Source of the DNA: an uncultured delta proteobacterium | GTDB lineage: Bacteria; Myxococcota_A; Polyangia; Fen-1088 | NCBI GenBank assembly: GCA_963755125.1 | Contig: CAVWIP010000017.1 | Coordinates: forward strand, 384,001-448,000 | Reading direction: 5' to 3' | Length of the DNA stretch: 64,000 nt | Shown: positions 28,485-38,742 of the stretch, piece by piece | Position numbering within the stretch: position 1 is the first letter of the stretch | Layout of the letters: each line of letters starts with the position of its first letter | The notes under the pieces: generated by a model | The model's database searches: none | The model's input: only the letters and a program-made list of their open reading frames with translations | What the model was told of the DNA's origin: nothing | Program-made: the position numbers and the translations under genes

Positions 28485-29519
28485 ATGAGATCTCTCTTGC
28501 TCGGCGCTCTTGCCGCCCTGCTGGTCACATCCTGCGCTGCCCCGGTTGCGCCAGGCCCATCGGCAGGTCCGCTGGCCGAACGCACCGCAGCCGACGACGA
28601 TGATCTCTGGGCCCTGGCGCCGGCCGAGGCAGAGCTTCTGGTCTGGGCCGACATGGCCCAGCTCCGCGAATCAGCCTGGACCAAAGCGGCGCTTTCCAAG
28701 ACGGCACTCGACGAACGCGCGACTCGGGCTGCCACACGCGGGTTCGACGAAGTGGACGACGTGGATCGCTTGCTCTACGCGACGGTTCCGGCCTTGCGCG
28801 AGGATGCGAGCATCCTGGTCGCGCAGGGGCGGATGGATCGCGAGCGCCTGGGCACGGCGTTTCGGCGTCAGCACTCGCAGGCGACCGCATCGGACTACCG
28901 TGGCGTGGCGGTGCTGGCCGAGGCGGAAGAGGCCATCGCTTTTCTCACCCAGCGGACCGTCGTGTCCGGCCCGCTGGTGGCGGTTCGTGCCACCATCGAC
29001 TGCGCTTTTGGGCTGGCCCGCAGCGCGGCCAACCAGTCGTGGTTGTCTTCTCTGCAGACCGTGCTTCGCGAGAGCAGGGGCCCGTCGCAGCGTTCGCCGG
29101 CAATGGCCGCAGCGGTGCGGTTGAGTCCGGCTATGCGCACGCAGTTCGAAGCCGAGATGGGCGAGGGCGGAACGCTGGAACAAGTCGGGGCGCGCCTCGA
29201 CCTCGGCCGTGACCTGGAGGTGGCTCTGGTCGGGCTGGTGTCCACGCACCAGCAAGCCCTGGACCTGGCCGCCCGCGTGTCCGCGGCGCTGCGCGACCAG
29301 CGCAACCGGCCCCTGGTTTTCGTCCTGGGCTTGCAGCCCATCCTGGACGGGGTTCGTCTTGCTCCCCGCGAGAATCGAGTGGAAGCACGATTGAGCATTC
29401 CCCAGGACCAGCGCGCCGAGATCGCCGATCGTATGGCGTTGGTGGCGGAGCAACTTGCGCGCCGTCGGGCCGGCGCGGCGGACAAGGGCGAGGACGCTCG
29501 CGAAGGCAAGCGAGAATGA
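28485..29519 (+). CDS. Hypothetical lipoprotein
   Basis: MRSLLLGALAALLVTSC lipobox; closely abuts tyrA and overlaps aroA. Confidence 0.65.
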   Translation: MRSLLLGALAALLVTSCAAPVAPGPSAGPLAERTAADDDDLWALAPAEAELLVWADMAQLRESAWTKAALSKTALDERATRAATRGFDEVDDVDRLLYATVPALREDASILVAQGRMDRERLGTAFRRQHSQATASDYRGVAVLAEAEEAIAFLTQRTVVSGPLVAVRATIDCAFGLARSAANQSWLSSLQTVLRESRGPSQRSPAMAAAVRLSPAMRTQFEAEMGEGGTLEQVGARLDLGRDLEVALVGLVSTHQQALDLAARVSAALRDQRNRPLVFVLGLQPILDGVRLAPRENRVEARLSIPQDQRAEIADRMALVAEQLARRRAGAADKGEDAREGKRE

Positions 29520-30868
29520 GGCAAGACGATCCAAGGCCCGAACCCCTACTGCACGTAGTCCGCAGCCCCGCGCTTCGGGGCAGGGTGAGCGTGCCGGGCG
29601 ACAAGTCCATCTCGCATCGGGCCCTTCTGTTCGGCGCCCTGGCCGACGGCCCGGTCGCCATCAGCGGCTTGGGCCTGGGCGGAGACAATGCCAGCACGAT
29701 GGTGGCCTTGCGTGCGCTGGGCGTGCCCATCCAGCACGCGGGCACGGACGCGCGCGTGCTGGGAGTTGGCTTGGCCGGGCTGCGAGAGGCATCGGGCGAG
29801 CTCGACTGTGGGAACTCGGGTACCACGATGCGTCTCTTCTGCGGGCTTCTGGCGGGTCGGCCCTTCACATCCACGCTGACCGGGGACAGGTCGCTGTCGC
29901 GCCGACCGATGGCACGGGTCGCGACACCCCTGCGACGCATGGGCGCGGCCATCGACGGCCGGCAAGATGCGACCCGGCCGGGCGACTTGTTCCCGCCCCT
30001 CACGGTGCGTGGCGGGGCCTTGCAGGGTATTCGCTACGAACTTCCGGTGGCGAGCGCACAGATCAAGAGCGCCCTGCTGCTGGCTGGCTTGCAGGCCCGC
30101 GGTCCCACGGTGATCAGCGAGCCGGGCTTGTCGCGCGATCACAGCGAGCGCATGTTGCGTTTCTTCGGCGCGCCGGTCAGCGCCGAACCTGAACAACGGC
30201 GCGTGGTGGTGGATCCGACGGGATGGAACGGCCGCCTGCGCGCGGGACCGGTCAGTGTGCCCGGCGACCTGTCTTCCGCGGCGTTTCTGCTGGTGGCGGC
30301 GCTGATCGTGCCCGATAGCGACGTGACGGTGGAGAACGTCGGGCTCAACCCCACCCGGACCGGCGTGCTGGACGCCCTGCTCGCGATGGGGGCTGACTTG
30401 GAGGTCAAGGTCGCGGGTCAGGCCATGGACGAGCCAGTCGGCAGCGTGCGTGCTCGCTGGACTGCCCGAGGACTGCGGGGCACCAGGGTGGCAGGGGATC
30501 TGGCCCTGCGGTCCATCGACGAGATTCCGGCGCTGGCGGTGGCCGCGGCCATGGCCGAAGGCACCACCGAGTTCCGCGACCTGCACGAGTTGCGCGTGAA
30601 AGAATCAGACCGCATCGCCCGCATTGCGCGCGAGCTGCAGCGAGCCGGCGCGACCGTGTGCGAAGCTGCAGACGGGTTTTCCGTGATGGGCACGCGGGAA
30701 TTTCACGGCGGCCGCGTGCAGCCGGATGGCGATCACCGTATCGCCATGGCGGGTGCCATCCTGGGGCTGGTGGCGGTCGACGCGACCGAGGTGCCGAGCC
30801 AGGACATCGCGACCTCATTCCCGAGTTTCGCTCAGCTCCTGCAAGTACTGGGCGCGCCGGTGAGTTAG
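29516..30868 (+). CDS. aroA: EPSP synthase
   Basis: PGDKSISHRA, DCGNSGTTMRL, RRPMARV, SAQIKSA, SRDHSERM, IDEIP, ELRVKESDRI, DHRIAM. Confidence 0.97.
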   Translation: MRQDDPRPEPLLHVVRSPALRGRVSVPGDKSISHRALLFGALADGPVAISGLGLGGDNASTMVALRALGVPIQHAGTDARVLGVGLAGLREASGELDCGNSGTTMRLFCGLLAGRPFTSTLTGDRSLSRRPMARVATPLRRMGAAIDGRQDATRPGDLFPPLTVRGGALQGIRYELPVASAQIKSALLLAGLQARGPTVISEPGLSRDHSERMLRFFGAPVSAEPEQRRVVVDPTGWNGRLRAGPVSVPGDLSSAAFLLVAALIVPDSDVTVENVGLNPTRTGVLDALLAMGADLEVKVAGQAMDEPVGSVRARWTARGLRGTRVAGDLALRSIDEIPALAVAAAMAEGTTEFRDLHELRVKESDRIARIARELQRAGATVCEAADGFSVMGTREFHGGRVQPDGDHRIAMAGAILGLVAVDATEVPSQDIATSFPSFAQLLQVLGAPVS

Positions 30869-30914
30869 CACCGTCTTTCGAGGACTCACGTTTGAACCCC
30901 CGCGGGGAGAGCGG

Positions 30915-31805
30915 CTAGCTGCCTAGTATCTTCGCTAGAATGGCGTCCAGTTCGTCGAGCGAGCCGTAGTGGATCTCGATGTGGCCGCGGCCGGGTCCCG
31001 CCGCGATCAGCTTGACCCGCGCGGAGAGGGCGCGCTGCAAGCGCACGGCGAGGTCGCGCGCGGCCGGCGATTCCCTTTCGGGCGGCGGGGCAGGCCGGCC
31101 ACCGCCTTCACGTTCGCGGCGGACCAGCGCCTCGACTTGCCGGACGGAAAGCCCGCGGCTGGCAGTCTGGCGCGCCAGTCGTTCGATGACCGGGTCGTCC
31201 TCGAGGCCGAGGAGCGCGCGCGCGTGGCCCATGGACAGGCGTCCCTCGACCACCATGGCCCGCACCGAGGGCGGCAGCTTGAGCAGACGGAGAGCATTGG
31301 CCACCGTGCTGCGTTCCTTGCCCACCCGCTCGGCCAGCGATTCTTGCGTGTAACCGAACTCCGCCACCAGACGTTGGTAGGCCTCCGCCTCTTCGATGGG
31401 GTTGAGATCTTCGCGCTGCAGGTTCTCGACCAGCGCCATCTCGAAAGCCTGCGCCTCGGTCACCTCGCGGATGATCGCCGGCACCTGGTGCAGCCCGGCC
31501 CGCTGGGCCGCCCGCCAGCGCCGCTCGCCCGCGACCAGCTCGAAGCCGCCGGCTGATCGCATCCGCAGCACCAGAGGTTCGATGATGCCCTGGCTGCGGA
31601 TGGACTCGGCCAGCTCAGCAAGCCGGGCGTCGTCGAAGGTCTTGCGCGGCTGTCTTCCCGAGGGGTGGATGTTCTCGATGTCGACCGTGCGCAGGCCGTC
31701 GCCGGTCTTGGCCTGCGTCCTATCTCCGGCATCGGGGACTGCCGCAGCCGGGATCAGGGCGGCCAGACCACGCCCCAGGGCCTGGCGCTTTCCCGCACCA
31801 GTCAC
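30915..31805 (-). CDS. parB: Chromosome partitioning protein ParB
   Basis: LGRGLAALI, QPRKTF, AGERRWRAA, ENLQREDLNPIEEA, RSTVANALRLL. Confidence 0.96.
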   Translation of the reverse strand: MTGAGKRQALGRGLAALIPAAAVPDAGDRTQAKTGDGLRTVDIENIHPSGRQPRKTFDDARLAELAESIRSQGIIEPLVLRMRSAGGFELVAGERRWRAAQRAGLHQVPAIIREVTEAQAFEMALVENLQREDLNPIEEAEAYQRLVAEFGYTQESLAERVGKERSTVANALRLLKLPPSVRAMVVEGRLSMGHARALLGLEDDPVIERLARQTASRGLSVRQVEALVRREREGGGRPAPPPERESPAARDLAVRLQRALSARVKLIAAGPGRGHIEIHYGSLDELDAILAKILGS

Positions 31806-32596
31806 GAAGCCTCCGCTTTGGGTCGCGCGTGGCGGGCGAGAAACTCGCGCGCGGCCTCCATGTAGCTCTTGGCGCCCTTGGAGGCGACGTCATAGAGCAG
31901 GATCGGCTTGCCAAACGACGGCGCTTCCGACAAGCGCACGTTGCGCGGAATGGGCGTGTCGTACACCCGGCCGCCGAAGTGTTTGCGCACCTCGCTCGCC
32001 ACCTGCTCGGTCAGGTTCTGGCGTGTGTCGACCATGCAAAGCAGAATACCCTCGATGTCGAGACCGGGGTTGAGCGAACGGCCCACCAGATTGACCGTGG
32101 CTTGCAAGTCGGAAAGACCTTCCAGCGCGTAGTACTCGCACTGCAAGGGAACCAGGACTCCGTCGGCGGCGCACAGGGCATTGAGCGTGAGCAGGCCGAG
32201 CGAGGGTGGGGTGTCGATGATGATGAAGTCGTAGTCGGGCGTCGCTAGGCGCAGGGGATCGCGCAGCTTGATCTCGCGGCCGGACTCCGACACGAGTTCG
32301 ATCTCGGCGCCCGCCAGATCTTGGCCCGACGGCACCAGCTTGAGAAACGGCAACTCAGTGGCGCGGGTGACCTGTGCGACGGTTTTCTCGCCGATGAGCA
32401 CGTCGTACACGCTGCCCTGTTTGGTGCCCGCCGCTTGCCGGGCGTGGCCGAGGCCGGAGGTCGCGTTGCCTTGCGGATCCATGTCCACCAGAAGCACGCG
32501 CTTCTCGGCCACCGCAAGGGAAGCGGAAAGGTTGACTGCGGTGGTCGTCTTTCCGACGCCCCCCTTCTGGTTCGCGACCGCGATGACCCGTCCCAT
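31802..32596 (-). CDS. parA: Chromosome partitioning ATPase ParA/Soj
   Basis: NQKGGVGKTTT, DMDPQGNAT, IDTPPSLG, QCEYYALEG, IPRNVRLSEAPSFG. Confidence 0.96.
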   Translation of the reverse strand: MGRVIAVANQKGGVGKTTTAVNLSASLAVAEKRVLLVDMDPQGNATSGLGHARQAAGTKQGSVYDVLIGEKTVAQVTRATELPFLKLVPSGQDLAGAEIELVSESGREIKLRDPLRLATPDYDFIIIDTPPSLGLLTLNALCAADGVLVPLQCEYYALEGLSDLQATVNLVGRSLNPGLDIEGILLCMVDTRQNLTEQVASEVRKHFGGRVYDTPIPRNVRLSEAPSFGKPILLYDVASKGAKSYMEAAREFLARHARPKAEAS

Positions 32597-32784
32597 GGTG
32601 CTGTGATCCCGTCGAGCGGGCTCATCCTCCTAGCATCAATAGGGCCGCGGTTTCAACCGAGCCGGCGCGGGGCATGGATCCGGTCGTGCAGAAAAAAAGA
32701 CGCACAAACTTGACGGGCCAGGAGGTTGCAATACTACTTATACCTACATGTAGCGTATTTCCCTGCAACACAAGGAGCAACACG

Positions 32785-32970
32785 ATGAGCTACGGCGATA
32801 TGAAAACCTACCGGACCTTCGAGGAGTTCGAGCGCGAGGAGCTTCGCCGCATGGACGCTGTGGGCAACTCGGTTGACGAGATGATCGACACCATCTTCGG
32901 CGAGGAGTTGGACCTGGAGTACATAGCCGCAAGCCGCCGCGCCGCTGTCGACGAGGACGACGAAGAGTAG
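32785..32970 (+). CDS. Small acidic hypothetical protein (61 aa)
   Basis: AAGGAG RBS; host-like codons; MSYGDMKTYRTFEEFEREELRR...VDEDDEE. Confidence 0.7.
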   Translation: MSYGDMKTYRTFEEFEREELRRMDAVGNSVDEMIDTIFGEELDLEYIAASRRAAVDEDDEE

Positions 32971-32981
32971 CCCGGCCGCCC

Positions 32982-34906
<1,925 letters not shown>

Positions 34907-34910
<4 letters not shown>

Positions 34911-35986
34911 CCGTTGGCCTTCATGAACTCGCGCATGTGGTCGGCCAAGGCCTGACACCCTTCCACGGGCATGCCGTTGTAAACCGAGGCCCGGATGCCA
35001 CCCACCGTGCGGTAGCCCTTGAGCGCCAGCATGCTCTTGCCGGTGGCTTCCTTGAGGAACTTCTCGGTCAAGGGCTCGCTGGGCAGCTTGAAGGTGATGT
35101 TCATGTGGCTGCGCACGGCGGGATCGGCCACCGTGCCTTTGTAGAAGCCGCCCGAGCCGTCGATGGCGTCGTAAATCAGCTTGGCCTTGTCGGCATTGCG
35201 CTTCTCGATGGCCTGCAGGCCGCCCTGGCGTTCCATCCAGCGGAAAGTCTCGAGCAGCACGTACACGCCAAAGGTGGGCGGCGTGTTCAGGCAGCTCTTG
35301 GCCTCGGCGTGGACCTTGTAGTTGAAGATCTTGGGCACGCTCTTGCCGATCCGATCGTAGAGATCTTTGCGTACGATGACCAGCACGACGCCCGAGGGGC
35401 CGAGATTCTTCTGCGCGCCACCGTAGACCATGGCGGTGCGAGCGATGGGGTGCGGGCGCGACATGATCTCGGAACTGGCGTCGACCATCAGCGTCGGGTG
35501 CTTCGGCCACTCGACGAAGCGGTTGCCGTGCACGGTTTCGTTCGAGCAGATGTGCAGATAGGCGGCGTTCGGGTCAGCGGTCCAGCCGGCGGGGTGGCGA
35601 TCGAATCCGGTCGACTCGCCCGACGCGATCACCTTCACCTTGTCAGGGGCGATGCCCTTGGCGGTATCAGCGGCCTTCTTCGACCACTCGCCGGTTATCA
35701 CGTACTCCGCCACGCCGTTGAGGAAGTTCATGGGGATCAGGGCGAACTGCTGGGTCGCGCCCCCTTGCAGGAAGAGCACGTCGTGCGTGTCAGGGATCTG
35801 CAGCAGGCTGCGGCAGCGGGCAATGGTCTCATCCAGTACCGCATCGAATTCCTTGCCCCGGTGACTACACTCCGCGATTCCAAAACCCTTGCCCTGGAAA
35901 TCCAGCAGGGCAGCGGCCGAGGCTTCGAGAACCTCGTAGGGAAGAGTGGCAGGACCGGCAGCGAAGTTGAACGCGCGTTTCTTCAT
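34907..35986 (-). CDS. serC: Phosphoserine aminotransferase
   Basis: FNFAAGPA, SHRGKEF, LFLQGGA, NETVHG, GAQKNLGPSG, NTPP, LKGYRTVGGIRASVYN; GGAGG RBS. Confidence 0.97.
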
Positions 35987-36111
35987 GGGGCCTCCGTTGG
36001 ATGGAGGCGAAAGCATAGTCGATCCCGGGCGCCAGGGAAACCGCGGTTGCATCGGCGCGGAACGCGCGACGTGCAGTCGTGCTACGGACTGCCCGCGGGC
36101 TGCAAATCAGT

Positions 36112-36210
36112 CTATGGCGTGCGTGCGACGATGCCTGGCATTTTGGAGAACCGCTCGTCGTAGGTGTCGATGGTTGTGTCGAGGAGCGCCGCTTCAGACA
36201 AGATCGCCAT
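36112..36210 (-). pseudogene. Internally deleted PIN-domain (VapC-like) toxin remnant
   Basis: 32-aa frame MAILSEAALLDTTIDTYDERFSKMPGIVARTP overlapping the antitoxin 3' end; joins a PIN N-terminal (LLDT) motif to a C-terminal (TYDxxF...PG) motif. Confidence 0.6.
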
Positions 36211-36400
36211 AGATCTCCTCGCGGCCCAGGCTCCCCTTCATCGGCCCAAGGCTACGGACCGGGAATGCCGACTGGGCTGGGGGACGTGGCGCTGGCGGAA
36301 GCTCGACCGTGATGGCGACCCTGAGTCCCTCGGGCAGGTCGAGCGGCTCGATCAATTCCAGGCTCCGGCCATGGAGCACGGCGTGAACGGTCTGGGTCAT
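36194..36400 (-). CDS. Putative antitoxin (DUF104/AF2212-like)
   Basis: MTQTVHAVLHGRSLELIEPLDLPEGLRVAITV...LGREEIY. Confidence 0.7.
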   Translation of the reverse strand: MTQTVHAVLHGRSLELIEPLDLPEGLRVAITVELPPAPRPPAQSAFPVRSLGPMKGSLGREEIYGDLV

Positions 36401-36500
36401 CGCGATCCTATGATTGGATGGTGGCCCGGCTCTCCCCCGCACGCAAGCCGGTGCCAGCGGTGTCGCCCTCTCGCGGGCAAGAACCAGCGGCGCTACATGC

Positions 36501-36785
36501 TTATCTCGTGATTGGCCGGCGAGCCTGGTGGTAGACGCGCATCACTTCTAGGACGCTTGCCCGCCTGCGGTAGTAGATGCGGTAGGGCGGCAAAGGCCAG
36601 CTTCGTACCAGCATTCCCCCTCGTAGTTGCTGCTCCGGCCCTTCGAAAATGCCCTCGTCCAGCCGCTCCACCAGGTCAAGCACCTCGGCGACCAGATCAG
36701 TGGCGGCGTGAGGATTGCGCTCGGCAAGATATCTGGTCGCGCTGGCCAGATCCTCGGCCGCGTCTTTCGAGATCCTGATCGTCAA
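36501..36785 (-). CDS. ParE/RelE-family toxin
   Basis: ISKDAAEDL...RNPHAA...YRIYYR...LEVMRVYHQAR. Confidence 0.85.
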   Translation of the reverse strand: MTIRISKDAAEDLASATRYLAERNPHAATDLVAEVLDLVERLDEGIFEGPEQQLRGGMLVRSWPLPPYRIYYRRRASVLEVMRVYHQARRPITR

Positions 36786-36997
36786 CGACGCAGAATCCCC
36801 TCAAGGTGCCGTCTGACGACATCGAGGCTCAAGCCCTCGCCGGCATCCAGCGAACGGGCGGCTGCTTCAAGCCCCGCCTCCTCCTCGGCGGTCAGGTCGA
36901 GTACCCTGTCCACGGGCTCGATCACATACCGCCCCGTGGGAAGCGCCCGCAGCTCTTTCGGAAGCTCCTTGCCGTTCCAGTCCAGAAGCGTTGCCAT
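36782..36997 (-). CDS. Putative antitoxin partner of the ParE toxin
   Basis: Small acidic ORF (LTAEEEAGLEAAARSLDAGEGLSLD) overlapping the toxin start by 4 nt. Confidence 0.75.
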   Translation of the reverse strand: MATLLDWNGKELPKELRALPTGRYVIEPVDRVLDLTAEEEAGLEAAARSLDAGEGLSLDVVRRHLEGILRR

Positions 36998-37119
36998 GTC
37001 CTAATACTAGCGCAGCTCGGGCCAACCGGCTCGTGCGGTCAAAACCATGTCAGCCCAGCCACCGGGCCGGAGCCCGGATCCTTCGAGGGTGAAACTCGGG
37101 GCGAGATGAGGGAATAAGG

Positions 37120-37295
37120 GTGAGACGAGAGCCCGGCAGCTACGCCCCGTGGGTCATTGGAGCCTTGTGCCCCAGTGTCAGTCTGGGTCCGAGCAGGCCA
37201 TCCTTCAATGGTGAGGTTCGCGATAGCCATCGCGAGCACTCCCCCAGGTCAGAGTCCCTTCAGATTGCCATCTCGGGCCGGAGCCCTCGTCTCAC
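37120..37295 (+). ncRNA. Candidate bridge RNA in the IS110 left end
   Basis: Closing stem GTGAGACGAG (37120-37129)/CTCGTCTCAC (37286-37295); internal hairpins; CAGGTCAGA (37245-37253) identical to the right-end junction 38713-38721; CATCT (37269-37273) complementary to the left junction AGATG. Confidence 0.6.
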
Positions 37296-37307
37296 TGGAG
37301 GTGAATC

Positions 37308-38708
37308 ATGAAGAAGGCCGGAGAATCTAGCAAGACGAAGAGACGAGGGGTGCCGACGGCTCTGCAAGCCATCCGCCCCATGGTGGCCGGGATCGACGTG
37401 GGTAGCCGTGAGCATTGGGTCTGCGGTCCTGCGCGTGCGGATGGAGAGCCCAACGTGCGCGTATTCGGCACGACGACCATCCAACTCAAGGAAATGGTGG
37501 ACTGGCTGGCCGAGCAAGGCACGGAATCCGTCGCCATGGAGAGCACGTCCGTCTACTGGATCCCGCTGTTCGAGCTTCTCGAATCGCGCGGCATCGAGGC
37601 CGTGCTGGTCAACGCGCGGCAGTTGCACAACGTCCCTGGGCGCAAGACCGACTTCCAGGATTGCCAGTGGATCCAGCTCCTGCACAGCTGTGGCCTCTTG
37701 CGCGGATCCTTCCGTCCAGGAAACGCCATCGTCGCCATGCGCGCCATCCATCGGCAGTGGGCCAATCTGGTCGAAGAGCGAACCCGCTGCGTGCAGTGGA
37801 TGCAGAAGGCGCTCGACCAGATGAACGTGCAGGTCCATCGCGCCGTCACCGATCTCACCGGGACGACCGGCATGGCGATCGTCCGCGCCATCGTCGCCGG
37901 AGAGCGCGATCCGGTTCGGCTGAGCACGCTTCGTCACCATCACTGCAAGAAATCCGTCGAGGACATCGCGCGCTACCTCACCGGCACCTGGCGAGAGGAG
38001 CATCTGTTCAATCTCAAGTCCGCCCTACAGTTCTTCGACGCTGTCGAGGCGCTGATCGCCACGCACGAATCCCGTCTGTTCGAGGCCATGGCGGTCCTGC
38101 AGCCCGACGAGCGAAAGGACGCTGCGGTCCAGCCCCATCCCAATCCCGCCAAGGAGAAGGCCATCAAGAATCGCGGCGATCAGCCGGCGCGGACCGCGCT
38201 CTGGCGTTTCGCGGGCATCGACCTGACCCGGATCGACGGCATCGGAATCGGTGCCGCGAGAATCATCCTCACCGAGGTCGGCCTCAACCTCTCGGTCTTC
38301 CCGTCAGAGCATCACTTCGTCTCGTGGCTGAGGCTGTGTCCCCGTCGCCCGATTTCGGGTGGCAAGCCTCTCAAAACGAGACGTAATGCTCTTGGGGCCA
38401 ACCGCATCTCAGGCGCGCTCCGGATGGCCGCCAGCTCCCTCCAACGGACCAAGACCGCCCTGGGCGCCGCCTACCGTCGCATCGCGCGCCACAAGGGAGC
38501 CTACGTCGCCATCTTCGCCACTGCCCGAAGGCTCGCACAGCTCGTCTACCGGATGCTGCGCTACGGGCAGGACTACGTCGACGCTGGCGAAGAGGTTTAC
38601 GATCGCCAGTTCGAAGCTCGCCGCCTCGCCGGGCTCAGGGAGGCGGCGAGATCGATGGGCTTTTCGCTTACGGCGCAGCCAGCCACCACACCAGCCAAAT
38701 CCGGGTGA
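37308..38708 (+). CDS. IS110-family recombinase/transposase (DEDD plus Tnp20 domain)
   Basis: AGIDVG, VAMESTSVYW, RKTDFQDC, IDGIG, SWLRLCP...ISGGK; GGAGG RBS at 37297-37301. Confidence 0.95.
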   Translation: MKKAGESSKTKRRGVPTALQAIRPMVAGIDVGSREHWVCGPARADGEPNVRVFGTTTIQLKEMVDWLAEQGTESVAMESTSVYWIPLFELLESRGIEAVLVNARQLHNVPGRKTDFQDCQWIQLLHSCGLLRGSFRPGNAIVAMRAIHRQWANLVEERTRCVQWMQKALDQMNVQVHRAVTDLTGTTGMAIVRAIVAGERDPVRLSTLRHHHCKKSVEDIARYLTGTWREEHLFNLKSALQFFDAVEALIATHESRLFEAMAVLQPDERKDAAVQPHPNPAKEKAIKNRGDQPARTALWRFAGIDLTRIDGIGIGAARIILTEVGLNLSVFPSEHHFVSWLRLCPRRPISGGKPLKTRRNALGANRISGALRMAASSLQRTKTALGAAYRRIARHKGAYVAIFATARRLAQLVYRMLRYGQDYVDAGEEVYDRQFEARRLAGLREAARSMGFSLTAQPATTPAKSG

Positions 38709-38742
38709 GTTTCAGGTCAGACCCTCGCGCGATCCTGGGCGC

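Larger units (their letters stand above)
37106..38720 (+). mobile_element. IS110-family insertion sequence, inferred boundaries with AG core
   Basis: AG at 37104-37105 and 38719-38720; joining the flanks restores an imperfect palindrome; ~200 bp non-coding left end and 12 bp right end. Confidence 0.75.

Noticed and set aside
30869..32784. parS sites or replication origin near parAB
   Set aside because: No TGTTTCACGTGAAACA-like palindrome or DnaA-box cluster recognised by eye.
34911..35510. N-terminal extension of the ABC-F ORF (842 aa)
   Set aside because: Alternative frame of serC; ABC-F homology begins at TTG 34910.
36100..37105. Integron cassette array with attC sites
   Set aside because: No convincing RYYYAAC...GTTRRRY pairs between the TA genes and no integron integrase seen.
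37090..38714. 8-bp inverted repeat TGAAACTC/GAGTTTCA as IS1111-type subterminal IRs
   Set aside because: The left copy lies outside the boundary supported by the AG core, the donor-guide matches and the restored palindrome. The long non-coding end is upstream, as in the IS110 subgroup. Kept only as an alternative boundary hypothesis.
38359..38742. Apparent transposase-DnaB fusion ORF (309 aa)
   Set aside because: The first 128 codons are an alternative frame of the IS110 gene; DnaB similarity starts at ATG 38743.
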